Positions 40,275 through 53,147 of a stretch of 64,000 nucleotides of DNA are shown one piece after another. The stretch's first letter is position 1. Every line of letters begins with the position of its first letter. The notes under the pieces are model-generated. The model ran no database searches, was not told where the DNA came from, and worked only from the letters and a program-made list of their open reading frames with translations. Origin of the DNA: Psilocybe cubensis (Eukaryota); the NCBI GenBank assembly GCA_017499595.2, contig CM039001.1, forward strand, positions 3,782,001 to 3,846,000, in the 5' to 3' direction. The position numbers and the translations under genes were made by a program.

Positions 40275-42353
40275 TTATCCGCCCAACATAAGGCGCTCAG
40301 CCTTCTTCACAGCTTGTTCCACCCTCTCCTCTCCAGCCATTCCATCCATCATTGCCTTTCCCTTCGCTTCGCCAATCCCATCGACAGCCCAAATCGCGCG
40401 CAAAAGCAGCCTCTCCAAGGGCACGAGCTCGTATTTGAAGTCCAAAGGCTGCGGGCGTTGCACATGCTCCATCATGTGCATCGTCGGCACTTTGCACAAT
40501 GGGCCCGATTCTGCTGGATCCGGTTTTGGGGGCGAGGTTCCGTCAACAATTTCATTCTTGTGCGTGTCCTTCCCAGCCTCTGGCCCTAAAGAAGATGCTG
40601 ACTCGTGTTTCGACACTCCCTCCTCGTCCTCCTTCACATCCCTCCACACCTCACTCTTGCCCCGATCCGGATACACACTTCGACCCACCTCCCACTCCCT
40701 CCTCGAGATAAGGAACAGCAAATGATTCACAAGCCTCATCCCGAGAATCGGCTTCACATGAGCAGAAGGCAACCCGAGGAATCTAGACGTCCACGTCGCC
40801 GCATTTCTCAACCTGGGTTTCGGCTTCGTCATTAACTCGAGGCCAGGCCGCCACCCCAGCCCGTACTGCCCCTTCATGCCTGCCACTAACTCTGCGGCGT
40901 CCGGCCTGCCGCTCCCTGCCTCATACCACACCCGCCCCACGATCGCTTTGACAATGATATAGTATGTCTGATGTGTAAGTATGTTTGCACCGCCGTTCGC
41001 GGCGAAGATGCGGAGCGCGACGAGCGCGCCGGCGTAGTCCACCTGCGCCATGAATGCGCGCAGGATGACGTGCAGTAGCGGCGTGGATGTGTACACGCGG
41101 GAAGAGGAACTCGAAGACGCGGTTGTCGTTGATGTTTTCGAGGTAGGAAACACCCTGATAAAATCGTGAAACAGCTCTCTCGGCGACATAATCCCCATTC
41201 CCTTGTACCTCGGTGTCGAATTTGCCGCATCAAGTCCAAACGCCCGATTGCGCCCCATGTCAGTGTACATCTTGAACAGGGTCGCGAAGGTGCTCGTGCT
41301 GATGCGCATGAGCTTCTGTTCGTCCGACACAGACGCCTCGAGCTTGCTCACTCCCCGCAGCGCCCCATATGCCCTGAATGCCGCGTCCCAATCTCGCAGC
41401 GCCGCCTCGTGCTTGACTACCTGCTCGAACAGCCGGCCGTTCACCTGTACCTGGTGCGCGCTCATCTGCTCAAGCACCTTGTTATACGTCTCAGCGTATT
41501 TGGGGTCGGAGGAGAAAGTTTCACGCAACGCCTTGAGCAGGGAGAGATACGCAGAAAAGATCTGGGTGCGGGCGGGGCGTTCGACGTGTGGCTGGGAGGA
41601 TGAGGAGGGGGAGTGGTACGCCGCAAGCATGTTGTGTGCGTCTTGGAATTTTCCAGCGCGAACTGCGGCGCCTACGAATGTGGGGAGCATCTTCAACGAG
41701 GGGATATACCCTTCCCGCACCTCGCGGAACGCCTCGACGAACATTGTCTGTGCCTGCCGCTCGTTGTCAATTCCATAGCTTTTAATCGTCACCAACAAAT
41801 CCCTCAACATCTCTTCCGTATACTCGGGCTCTTTCACAATTTCCGCTATCATCCTTGCGCAATCGTCTGGAGGGTACTCTGCAGAGGCAGCGACCAAGAC
41901 CAAAAGCTTAGCCACGGACTGGTTGAGCAGGGTGTAGCCCAAAGCCTCCATGCGCTGCATCACAAACAGTGCGGGTGTTGTGCGACATGTGCGGATGAAA
42001 AAGTTGAGGAAACCGTCGTAGATGATATGTGGAGCATGAGTGAGAGCAGCGTAGTGCTTGAGCACCTTTTTGATGGCGTTGATGTCCTTTAACCGATGCG
42101 GAGGCAAATTTTCGAGGGCTTGGAGCGCGTCCATGAGGATGGCATTGGGGTCGCCGTCGACATCGATGTTGTCCTCATTTTTAGTTTTAGTTTTAGTTTT
42201 AGTTTCTGTTTCTGTTTTTGCTTCGCGTGTTGATTTGGAATTGTCCCGACCGCTGGTAGTGTTGATGAATCGACGGTAGTATAGATTAGAATTATAACGA
42301 TATATAGAGATATAAGCAGCCTTTGGACAAAGCAACCTTATGCGATGCAGCAT
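40275..42353 (-). CDS. Intronless, probably mitochondrial helical-repeat (PPR-like) protein, 692 aa
   Basis: Arg-rich, acid-poor N-terminus; PPR-like repeats (IYDGFLNFFIRTCRTTPALFVMQRMEALGY; LLHVILRAFMAQVDYAGALVALRIF). Confidence 0.65.
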   Translation of the reverse strand: MLHRIRLLCPKAAYISIYRYNSNLYYRRFINTTSGRDNSKSTREAKTETETKTKTKTKNEDNIDVDGDPNAILMDALQALENLPPHRLKDINAIKKVLKHYAALTHAPHIIYDGFLNFFIRTCRTTPALFVMQRMEALGYTLLNQSVAKLLVLVAASAEYPPDDCARMIAEIVKEPEYTEEMLRDLLVTIKSYGIDNERQAQTMFVEAFREVREGYIPSLKMLPTFVGAAVRAGKFQDAHNMLAAYHSPSSSSQPHVERPARTQIFSAYLSLLKALRETFSSDPKYAETYNKVLEQMSAHQVQVNGRLFEQVVKHEAALRDWDAAFRAYGALRGVSKLEASVSDEQKLMRISTSTFATLFKMYTDMGRNRAFGLDAANSTPRYKGMGIMSPRELFHDFIRVFPTSKTSTTTASSSSSSRVYTSTPLLHVILRAFMAQVDYAGALVALRIFAANGGANILTHQTYYIIVKAIVGRVWYEAGSGRPDAAELVAGMKGQYGLGWRPGLELMTKPKPRLRNAATWTSRFLGLPSAHVKPILGMRLVNHLLFLISRREWEVGRSVYPDRGKSEVWRDVKEDEEGVSKHESASSLGPEAGKDTHKNEIVDGTSPPKPDPAESGPLCKVPTMHMMEHVQRPQPLDFKYELVPLERLLLRAIWAVDGIGEAKGKAMMDGMAGEERVEQAVKKAERLMLGG

Positions 42354-42748
42354 AAGAGCTCGAGCATGGGGGTCGTCGACATCGACGTTGAGGGAAAAGA
42401 TGAATTCAGACTCCGATGAAATTTTGACTTGCGTGGTGCTCGCGTGGTAATATTTCCGTCAGTGTCTGCATCATAATGCAGGCCCGGGATTATTGTAGAA
42501 ATCTTACATTGAGATTGGCCACTGACTATTTGTAGCTTCACCGGTGAGAATGTAGACTAATTCAAAAGGAAAAGACATCCAGAGCCAATATGTCAGGAAA
42601 TGCCAAATTTTAACGAAGCAAGAAGGTACAAAAGCGAAAATATGCTCATTCTATGTTCTAATAGAGGGAGCAGGCACTGGCGCCGTATAATCTTGGTCAT
42701 TTCATATTAACAAAGCATGTAAGGCGATGCAGATAGCCCCAAGCTTTA

Positions 42749-43925
42749 TCATAACTCAGCTCGAAGCAGATTGTCCATCTTTTTTTCTGCGCTCCCAGCG
42801 TAATGTCCCTAAACAGTGTATCAGTCAAAACCACTCTGTCATGTCTATGATTAAGTACACACGCACTCTAAAAATTAATGTGTGATTGAGGTAATGGAAC
42901 AACTCGTATAAATCCATGCGCAGGTCGTACTGATGTACGGGTTCTGACTTTGGCCGGTATTGATGGTACGTGTCATAAAATTCGGAAGGAAATCCTCCGA
43001 ATATTTTGGCGATGGAAAGGCTACCAGTGAAGAAAGGGATCAGTTGGGACGAATAGAACGCAAGCGAAAGCACTGGGCTCACTCGGCTTCGTTGTGACCG
43101 TAATACGAGGCGGGGTCAAAGATGACTGGTTCTCCTGTTTTCCTATCGACACCCGCATTCCCACTCTGGATGTAGATAGAACAGGTTGATTTAAATGCAA
43201 ATTTATACAAGAGCAAGTTCTTACCCAGAGGTCACCGTGCAAAATTACTGGCTTAATAACAAGGGGGCCTTGGCTTCAGATTAGCACTATTGAAAGATCA
43301 ATCTTTTGGTCGAAAAGTGAACCTAGAAGCTTAGGTATGACTCTTCACCAAAGTAAACGGTCTTGAGATATCGAAGTAGTATCAGATATCTCGAAACTTA
43401 CTCTGCCTGCACCCGACGTCCTTTCTGGCACAGATGCTGGTATCTCCCTTTACTCTCGAGTTGAGACAAAAGGTCACCAACCATAGAAGCATAACATTTA
43501 TCCCAGGTATCAAACCATCCATTAGAAAGCTTTGTCACACCGCAGTAAGTCGGAATGGAAAAGCCAAACCCCTCCAGCGAAGCATGCTCCTCAGAGTGCA
43601 GCTCAGTCGCCATCCGTTTCGCAAGAGTTTGCGCCGCCTTGGAAGAAAGCGAGCCGATGTCTTTGTATTCAGATATGAAATACGGCTTCGAGATTTCTAG
43701 AGTACCCGAGGATATAACTCGAGGAGCTATCCCTGGCGCTGCTGCGTTCATCAACTTCAGAGATAGGGCTTCGCCGCTGTACTGCGCTGCTTCTGCAGGT
43801 GATCCAATTTTAACAAAGTAAGTAGAGCCTGAAGATGCGGTAACACGTGGTAGTGATCCGGAAAATGTAGAAACCGAATCTTGTTCCTTTAGCTTTTCAA
43901 GAATGGCTTCAGGAATATTGGACAT
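42749..43925 (-). CDS. Fructosamine/ketosamine-3-kinase family protein
   Basis: YFVK, FGFSIPTYCG, LHGDLW|SGN, FDPASYYGHNEA|DL and LYELFHYLNH motifs; several introns. Confidence 0.92.
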
Positions 43926-44066
43926 GGTGGTGATGGTATTGGGGAAAGGGGTATCATCAGTGACATAATCTTAGGTCACGATTGTGACTACTGTGACAAA
44001 CTCCTACACGATCAGTTGTGGCAGAAAAAGAACTTTTTGAACGACAACATCTTCGGCGCTTAACTT

Positions 44067-45543
44067 ATGCTACGCTGCTATCGCCCATGGACGACGCTAT
44101 GTAGAACCTACCCCTTTCAGATGCAATCTATACAACGCAAATTTTCAACCCTCACGACATTCAACCATGACCTGATCGAATTCACCAACCAACCAATTCT
44201 CAACCTCTCAGCGCAAACCTATGCGCATCTACGTGTCTACTTCACGCCGACAACCATCAAGGGAACCAAGTTTTTCTATGTAGAAAAAAGAAATATTCCT
44301 TTCCCCGATGGAACCCGGGGCTTCTTTTACTACCGCCAGGACCCACGGTTCCCACTCATCGACGGCGCGGTACGCTTCCGCGTGGTCCCACCCGACGCCG
44401 ACACATTCGACGCACCAGGAGCCGAAGACCTACGCACACCGGACGGTAAAACATGGCAGCGCAAACTCTTCTTCATCTACCTCCGCCGCGACAAGACAGT
44501 GCTCGACAAGCTCGAGGCGGAGAAGCTCGTTCACCGGGACGCACGGTCTCTGCACCTCACCTTCGTCAAGCGGTTTAACAGACAAAAAAGTGTGAAGAGG
44601 CTGTTGGCAGACGAGACGTTGTCGGACAAGGAGAGGGAGTGGGCAGAGCTGCGGGCTCAGATGGTGAGGGAACGGAGGGACTCCGAGCCATTGCCACGTC
44701 GTCCGAGGGCGCCATCGACGCGCGGGCGGGGCCGTCCACCTCGTCCACACCGGAAAGTCAAGGTTAGACCCGACCCAGCAACGACCGTCATCCCCGCTGG
44801 ACTAAAACGCAGGAGAACGGACGAACGCGTCGCACTTGAGTATTGCAGATTGTACACACCCAACGACACATTCACCATCGACCTTTCGCGCGTTTGTCTT
44901 TATCTTCATGTTGGTAAGCCCAACACCCCTATCGACACACGCCTCGATATATACTACATATTCCGCGATAAGCGCGATATGTACACACAGGAGAGCAGTC
45001 ATGGCGTGGCGCCGTATTCTGGTGCGTTTGTTTCTTCCTTTTCCGTTCTACTTCATTTCCTACTTCCTAAAATTAGTAATCGATTTTTTTATGGATTTCA
45101 TAGTAGTACAATTTGTGCAGTATGGAGCTGACTCATATCCCTCCCCAGGCAAAATAACCGCCCGCTTCGAACTCAAAACTATGCCCGACTCCAAAAACCA
45201 GCCGCGGACATACTTCTTCATCCGCGTAGTCGACATCCTCGAACCCATCATCCCACTCGTGGAAGGATACGATGGATTCATTGACAAACCTGTCATAGGG
45301 CGTTTACTAGGGCGACAGTCGCAACGGAGCGGGAAGGGTAAACGAGGGGCGGATGCAAGTGTAAGCGCGAGCGGCAGTCCAAATACAAGTGTAAGTGTAT
45401 CAGGACGCAAGAAAAAGAAGGCAGACGTAACGGAGGGAGAGTATAGAGAGGACAAGGCGACGGCGTTCTGGAGGATGCCTGTCGAGTCCCCACGGGGCCA
45501 GAAGCTGCTGGCGCTATTTGAGGAGGCGGGTGCGAATTCTTGA
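44067..45543 (+). CDS. Uncharacterised Agaricomycete-type protein, 2 exons, possible mitochondrial presequence
   Basis: Long ORF with FPDGTRGFFYY...GAVRFRV...EDLRTPDGKTW, intron at about 45022-45149, then GKITARFE...IRVVDILEP. Confidence 0.65.
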
Positions 45544-46031
45544 ATACTATCGTAACTGCTTATCTTACTACACCTGTAATATTTGTATATGTAGTTTTTT
45601 GTATAATACATTGAACAGCTCAGCTTATCCGAATGTCTGAGAGCGTTAGGGTTCGATATTTGTTAATCATCATTTTATTGGCATAGTAAATAGCAACGGC
45701 ATACTTGTAAGAGCATATGAGCATGGATTGACGAGTAAGTAATGTTTGTACTCGATATGAAATAAATGCAAAAGTGGGAGATGAAGGATGCTGGTGTAAA
45801 TGGGATTGTGATCATGATGTCGTTACAGTGAAATGATGTCGTTGGTAAGATTGTGTGTGGAAAAACAGATAAAAAGATGAATGATGCGATGAATCGAACC
45901 CAAATGCAAAGATGGCGATGATGATGTTGTACAAATGAGAAAAAAAAATGCAAACGTGTATGAAACTGGATTGAAGATACTCCCGGAGCCGATTAAAGAT
46001 ATGTTGATAAAAAGATTTTGAAGAACAACCA

Positions 46032-47450
46032 TCACATGCGTAACCTCCGCCTCAACTCGAAGATCTCCGCGGGATGCAGCCTCTGCACATCCGCGCATTC
46101 ATTAGGGTGCGCAAACACACAGTGATCGCGGAGCGTGTCCCAAGAAGCAGTAGCCGGAAAGGTGGTCGCTGCGTGCTTCGCATTAAGATTGGGACTGCCA
46201 CCAGGGGATGGGGAGGCAGATGCAGTACCTTTTGATTGCGGTGAGCGTGTGCCCAATGTTGTCGTCCCCTTGGACTTTGACGCGTCCAGCAAACATGCTC
46301 TGCATACCAGCCCGCCGTCGACGGGGAGATACATGATGTCGACGTGTGGGAATGTCCCTTTCAACACATGTGGCGCGGTGTTTGAGTTTAGACTCCGTGG
46401 CATGGCGCCTTCGTTATAATTGTGTGGTGAGGCATCGCTCTGCATGAGCAACGACTGGACAGGAGGGAGGAGTGTCTCAGTATGGACGTGGATAGCGCCG
46501 TCGCACGACTTGCGCCGCTTCACAGAAGCATACGGATACATCGCCGACGCGGATGCGGATGAGGATGAGGAGGTCGACGAGAGGTCGTCGTACGAATTCG
46601 ACCGCGAACGCGACTGCGAAGAAAAACCGCTCGAGCTCGCAGACGACGAATCGTCGCTGAGAGCTGAGTTAGGCGGCGCCGTGCCTGTGCCGCTACCGTT
46701 TGAGACTGAGCTCAGGGGAGGGGGAGGAGATGCGAAATGCTGCAGTTCGGGGCTCTGGATCCCCTGGAGAGGCGAGAGAGGTGGGGAAGATTTGCGCAGT
46801 GGGCGGACTGTACGGGGGCTCCTGCTAATAGAACCAGGAGACCGGTTTTCCATACCAGTTGAACTGCCTGAGGGAGTGATATCGGCGTCCCTAGTCCTCT
46901 TTCCGCCTCGTACAGCACTGACATCCGCATCCACATTGGCGTTCGGAGACGAAGGAGATCCATCCCTCGACATGGAACTTATATTTGACACCCCACTGTG
47001 GCTAAAATTCACTTGCCCGGTCTGCTGCCCCCGCATTAGCTCGCCGACCTTTGCCCTAGCAACGTCGCGCTCCCGCATAACGCGTACGCACACCTCGTGC
47101 AGCCGCCTCTTCTCCTCCTGCTCGTGCATAAATAGCGCCATACACACCGCGCGGATTTCGGAGAGGTCCGCTCGCATGCGCGAGGCATGGACGGAGAATG
47201 CTTTGTCCAAGGGACCAGCAGTTGCGGATGTGGAAGTGGAAGTGGGGGCGTTGGTCGTTGAAGAGGTATTTTGTAGGGGGGTGGTGGGTGAATATGTATG
47301 CGGTTGAGGCGCTGCACTGTTGGGAATCTGGGTCCTCAGAATGGGATGATGATGGCGTTGACGCCGTGTCGGCCCTGGTCCAGGCGCAGCGTTGGTCGGT
47401 AGACAAACTTTCCTGGGTGGTGTATGTGGAGGAGAATGAATAATCCTCAA
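46032..47450 (-). CDS. Ser/Pro-rich protein with coiled coil and C-terminal split Zn-finger-like domain (5' end unresolved)
   Basis: 472-aa open frame; C-terminus HVDIMY...LVCRAC...ASWDTLRDHCVFAHP. Confidence 0.7.
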   Translation of the reverse strand: MRIIHSPPHTPPRKVCLPTNAAPGPGPTRRQRHHHPILRTQIPNSAAPQPHTYSPTTPLQNTSSTTNAPTSTSTSATAGPLDKAFSVHASRMRADLSEIRAVCMALFMHEQEEKRRLHEVCVRVMRERDVARAKVGELMRGQQTGQVNFSHSGVSNISSMSRDGSPSSPNANVDADVSAVRGGKRTRDADITPSGSSTGMENRSPGSISRSPRTVRPLRKSSPPLSPLQGIQSPELQHFASPPPPLSSVSNGSGTGTAPPNSALSDDSSSASSSGFSSQSRSRSNSYDDLSSTSSSSSASASAMYPYASVKRRKSCDGAIHVHTETLLPPVQSLLMQSDASPHNYNEGAMPRSLNSNTAPHVLKGTFPHVDIMYLPVDGGLVCRACLLDASKSKGTTTLGTRSPQSKGTASASPSPGGSPNLNAKHAATTFPATASWDTLRDHCVFAHPNECADVQRLHPAEIFELRRRLRM

Positions 47451-48624
47451 CGTTGGATTTCGGGTGTCTCCCTCTGATAAAAGGGAGTTCTATTCGGGCC
47501 AGAAGGGGGGCGTGTTAGAATTCCTGTTGAAGAGAGTGCGACACGGCTAGCGACGACACGCTTACCGGTATTGGAGGTGATATTGTGCCGTTGTGGGCCA
47601 TGGTCATCGTCCGATTATACTCGGATTGGAGTTTCCTTGGTGTCATAACCGCAGTTGTGGATGTGGATGTAGACGAAGTAGGGCTCATTTGCTTCGTGGG
47701 CAACAATAACAAATGCACGGAGGTAGAGGCAATTGGGTCGTGACGATCGGTCGTTTATTGTCCTGTATTGATGTAAAACTGTTTTCCTGAGAGTATCCAA
47801 CCAGTCCCAGCCCAGAAGTGATAATCTTTAAAGGAAAAGGGGCGAATGAAGATGTGAATGGACAAGTTGGTTGCAGACAGACGTCTTGTGGGCGTAGTAT
47901 GTGGATCAAAGACACTGCACATACGACGGACTATGGCTTTAGTATTCCACTGTAACAATATCCAGCAGCCGAGCTGTCATCCTCGCCCCTGGTGAGGCTC
48001 AGCGAAGCCAGACCTGGACAATAAAGACAATAAGCTGACCGTGCCAATCGCGGCCGTAAGCCTTCCACGCGTTCCAACGAAAACAAAAAAGGAGTCGCCT
48101 GTTGTACGTACTAGTTTGTGCTATACATAGCTAATCTGGAAGGTGATATAACAGAATTGGGATCCCCGTCTAAGTTCACGAGAACAGCAATTGTCCTGAG
48201 AAGTATTGGAGAAGACAATAATACAGGCGAAGTTCCCACGTATTGATTGATTATTGAGGTTCGGAACTGGATGGTACATGGTCAAATAAGTTCTATGACA
48301 GTATTATCTCATCTGCGATGTCACCAAAATGTATCTGTGTGAAGTGTACTGCTGTGGAGAGCAAAGCCCGACAGTCGTTGAAAATTGGGACAATGGGCAT
48401 GATGAGTGTCAGAGTCAAGGCGCAACTTCGGGAGTAGCCAGCCAATAACCGGGCATAGTTACTCACGTGATATCCGTGACTCACGCGACTTCACTGTGAC
48501 GTCATTTACGGTGCAAGAAACATAAAATTGTGTTATCATAGTCTTCAACGACCGATGAGCACCACAAATACTATCATTGATTCATAGAAGTCAAAAGTAC
48601 ATCTAAGCTGGTGGTAGAAGGCTC

Positions 48625-51360
48625 TCACGACCTTGCCGTTACTCCCATAATACCCAGTTCATCCGCGATTATGACAGCTGCTTTCTCCCCAATAGCGATG
48701 GCAGCGCTATATGTGTTGGCGGAAACATTTGCGGGGGTAATACTACAGTCTTTTCAAACATGATCACTCAAGGTATGATCCCAGCAAATAAAGAACCGAA
48801 ACATACCGGCAACCTTCAGGTTTTGAGTACCGTATACGTTTAGTTTGGAGTCAACTACACCGTTTTGCTCCCGCGGCTTCATCCCGCACGTTCCAATCTA
48901 AGATTATTCCCTTAACTCGAAGGGGAGAATAAAATAATAGAATGTAGCTCACTGAGTGCCAACATGTTGCGACTATTCATTTAATCATATCAAGCTTTTG
49001 AAGATAAGATAAATAAAAGCTAACATACCTGTTAATTTGAGGTACTCGTCAATAGCCATATCGTCCTCTTCAGTGTACACAATTTGTGGAGCGTCAATAG
49101 GTACAGGCATGGTCTCCTTGCCGATAGCGGCTGCGCTTCCGGCAGGGAATTTTGGATGTCCGACAGCAAGCTCCCCTCGGAAATACTTCATTCGTCGAGC
49201 AACCTCACAGGCTCTCTTGTACCCCCACGCCAAAACAGCCAGGTCAGCACGCCTAAGAATAAAGTGATAGATTGTGAGTATATAAAGAGCTATAATAATT
49301 TTCTTACTCCTCTAGAAAGCCTGGGAAGAAGTCCAGTGGCGCATAAAGATCAGTTCCCGAGGTGGTATGAACATGTCCAGTGGCGAGAGGATGTGTCTAC
49401 GTAGATGTAAGTAAAACTGTATCACAGTCTCTGATTAATCACGGAACAGACTTACTGAGAAATAGGCCACGTTGAAATATTTGCCTCGTGGTACTTCTGG
49501 ATCAAATCCGACGTATCTGTGTACAAACAGTAAGACAAATGCTGTGATATGCATACGACTAAAAGACAAACGCCGCTAGTGTTGCCATCATTAAAATCGG
49601 TTTGTCAGGCTTATCCGCGTAGTAGGATTTCCATCTTTCTTAAAAACCAGCAGGTATTTCTTTGAGTTCAGTTTCATTGGGCCTGAGTCTGATGCCGCTA
49701 TCTATGCCACTATGAGGAAAAGTGATAAACTCGGCAATGAAGTAAGAGGCTAATCTTGGATACCATCTACGTCCTTGTTGGCGAATAGTCCTTTCCCTTC
49801 TTTTGTCCACTGATCTGCTAAGGCTAGAACTTTGTCAAAGACGAGATGTAACATTGCCCTTTATAAAGATGTATACATACTCTGCACTTCATTTTCGTTA
49901 CCACGAAATACTAAATCCATTGTGGTCGCATTTTCACTGGCAAGGTAAGAAGTGAAAATTGCATTATGGTCTAAAAGGAATATCAGTAGGTCCTATAGCT
50001 TTTTTGTAAATATCCTTTACCCATATAATTCTTTCCTACACCGGGCAAATTTACAAGCTGCTCGACTCCATTTTTCTCCAGAATTTCAGGAGATCCCACA
50101 CCCGAGCGTTCTAGAATGGCAGGAGATCCGAATGCTCCTGAAGAAAGAACCACAAGGCGAGCTGCTCTGACAGAGATCGGCTCTACAGCTCCTCTAGCTC
50201 TGCCTATTGTGTCATCCACATATTCCACTCCGACAGCTCGAGTACCACTGTCGCTTGCAGGATTAGTGACTATGCTTTCGAGTATTTCAACCATCATTCA
50301 CTAACTCGAATATGACACGCAGCACCTTGGAGTTTGTCTGCACAACCAAGTTTGGGTGCTCCTTATTGTAGATGTACCCATGAGCTGCATCGGATCGTCT
50401 GCCGGTGATAGAGTCAATATATCTAATAAGCATCTCATCAGATTGTCCATATGAAAATCTAGTGGAATTTTACCTTTGTAGAGGCTATCATCGAATGTAC
50501 TTGATTGTCAAACAAGGCCCTTCAGGATATCCATAATTACTCACGCTCCAGGAATTTAGAGACTTGGAACTGAAGTCGTTGATATCATCAGTTGAGCCAC
50601 GATCATCCTTGAGAGCTTGACCGACAGATATCATTTCTTCACCCACGTTGTTCCCTGCAGAGGCGAATGATATTTTAATTGGTCCTGATGATCCATGCGC
50701 CGGATGAGTGGGATTAGGCTGATAAGTTTCTGCCTGAGGTTCATTAAGTGGCAATGGATCAAAAGGAGCTCTTTAAACTTTTTTCTAGTCGATTACCTTG
50801 TTCAGAAGGGGAATTATTTCCTTGGATCCCCACCCTGTATTACCATGAACACTCTCCCAATCGTCAAAGTCGGAAGCAGCTGGTCGCGTGTACATGAGGA
50901 CTACGACAAGTTGTATATTAGCATCAGAACAACACATAATAAAGAAACCTACAATTTATGCTTGATCCCCCGCCTACAGCGCGCCCAGATGCGACGATGT
51001 GTGACCGTTCACCAGTACCTTTGCCACCTTGTCCAACATGAAAGGATAGTATAGGTTTTTGAGCCAGAATGTTGCTGAAAAATCGGCCTGGTTGTACATG
51101 ATAGTATAGGTCCTTGGAATGGGAGCCTGCTTCCAAAACCTGTTTATCATGAAGATATTGTGACACCCCGCAGCTCGATCAATAGGACAACCATACTAAT
51201 ATTTTCAAAGTTGGGTCAGCATCTGCGAGCCGACCTGCAGTAACACAAGCACTGGCACCGCCTAGAGAAGAAAGTGCAAACTGTAAGCTTCTCCGATAAG
51301 CAGGTCTTGAGAAAGCACTGTACCACCAGCAAAAATGACGTCGTAGTAGGTAGAAGACAT
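48625..51360 (-). pseudogene. GMC oxidoreductase (alcohol oxidase-like, AA3) with an in-frame premature stop
   Basis: YDVIFAG|GGASACV..GRL, GRAVGGGSSIN, SPAILERSGVG, LPGVGKNYM|DH, TCWH|S, GTCGMKP, GVVDSKLNVYG and ANTYSAAIAIGEKAA motifs; TAA at 49640-49642 inside a coding exon. Confidence 0.8.
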
Positions 51361-52019
51361 GAGATTGCGATATTGAATGCGTTTGGTGTGGGATAGACTG
51401 TAGCCCCGTAGTATTTATCTGAATGGTTCTGTCAAAAATAACGCTTGTGCTCAGGCTGCTGCAGTTAGGATTTCATTTTAATGTTGTGACGTCGCAAAAA
51501 ACGTCCAACAGCACTATCAAACCGTGTATCGTGCCTTCAGCGGATAGTTTGGTTGGGTAGTGTTCTCCAATGGACATTTCGGACAGGCATGGTATCCTTA
51601 GGTGACTTATCGACTGGCTACTGTGCCTTAAGTGGATATTTTGATGTGTACTTAGTAACCTGTGAAGCTGGATATGGTGGTAAGATGGTAGCATATCGCT
51701 CAATCAGAAGACAGGACACTGGCCACAAGGCCAGTATCTTGTCCAATAGAATTCCTTTAATGATGTGGAACTCGCCTGGGGTTTCCGGGCTTCCACTGTC
51801 CGGTTCAGTTGGAAATGTTGGCCTGTATCACTGCAACATCTTCTCCAAATCGTTGACCCATCAGATGCTACCTATGACCGATTTTAATCATGGAAGACTT
51901 TATTAGCTTTCAATCTATCTCGAACAAGTCATTTTGTCAATGTACATCTGTCCAAGCGCCACACATAAGGTTAATTTGGCACCAACGTTAGCTGCTTGCA
52001 ATAATTTCTTTAGGTGTAA

Positions 52020-52472
52020 ATGAAGTGTGGTTTTAAGTACGTAATACCGTTGCAAAAAAACAAGATTCTAGCCAGCTACTTCTACATTTAAGTAGTACTC
52101 AATCAGCGACAGCCTTCTCTTTTGGCCTCGCAGTCATTCCCTTCATTACGCCGGGGGTTTTTCAGCTTCCATTTGACCCCTGCTCCTCAAGTATCAGTGC
52201 TTGCTGCACCGCTATTGTTCAAGGCGTCCACGCCCTTGATAGCATCGGCGGCGAGTAAATTTCAAGAAGTTGACGTGCGTGTTGCTGACTGACTGATCCA
52301 ACTTCTACGCAATTGGAAACTCATTATTTTTCCCAGAGGGGCGATAGATAATTGGGGCATGTTGTTTTACTATGGTATATGTGTTCTCTGCCTCATTATT
52401 AGTTTGGTTCAGTAAAAATTGAAAAACAACTAGGATGAGCTCTTTGGCATCACAAACAGTTGCACTTCTTGA
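52020..52472 (+). pseudogene. Decayed hydrophobin-like paralog of the 14.9-15.3 kb gene
   Basis: MKCGF|NSTQSATAFSFGLAVIPFITPGVFQLPFDPCSSSISACCTAIVQGVHALDSIG|...GACCFTM|DELFGITNSCTS*; equivalent intron positions; the middle exon lacks Cys4/Cys5 and has a stop. Confidence 0.6.
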
Positions 52473-53147
52473 TCAAAACCTACTTCTTAATCAGGTATAA
52501 ATTAAGATAGAAGTCAACCTGAGAACGGTAATTTGTTAACTGTAGAGCAGTTTAACGCCAGAAATGGACACTAAATAAAGTCTAAGAATTAACGTGTATC
52601 GCCGTATCATTCGACTTGCAGAACGATGCCGTTATTGCCGCGCGTAGTATTTGGAAATGCAACATATTGAAGCTTTGCAATTAAGCTACAATGGATAGTT
52701 GACTCGGCAATTTAGTATATACGGTCACCTTGAAGAAATTTTCCTTGCCGTCAATGTTGTGTGGGAAACCCATACATATGCGTGGACCAGATCGAATCAC
52801 CGAGTGTTCAATCGCCTATAAAAGGTAGATTTATTTCCTCGATAAGACCAAGTCCTCATAAGAGACATTAGGCTATTGAAAGAACCTCCCAACTCAGACA
52901 TGTACACGAATCGCAGCACCGACAGTCGTCTCGTTGAATTCCAGAGCACAGGTCGAGCTTTTCATTGTTGTAGGTTTATTCATAGGAATATTTTTGTGTA
53001 CCATGTCAATGCTTTAGGCACCTTCAAGCCAAGTAATAAGAAAATGTCAGTCCGTAACACAAAGCAAATAGGGTCCTAGAAATGGTATCTAGATGCGGAT
53101 AGTCTACCTTCCGTTCCCTTCTTCTCATTTCGGTTTTTCAGTCCTAT

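Noticed and set aside
42178..42222. (TTTTAG)n repeat resembling a telomere-like tract
   Set aside because: It is a short coding microsatellite encoding the TETETKTKTKTK linker of the PPR-like protein.
11151..47443. Many long antisense or alternate-frame ORFs inside GC-rich genes (e.g. 11571-12128, 41203-41778, 46420-47307)
   Set aside because: Shadow frames of real coding sequence.
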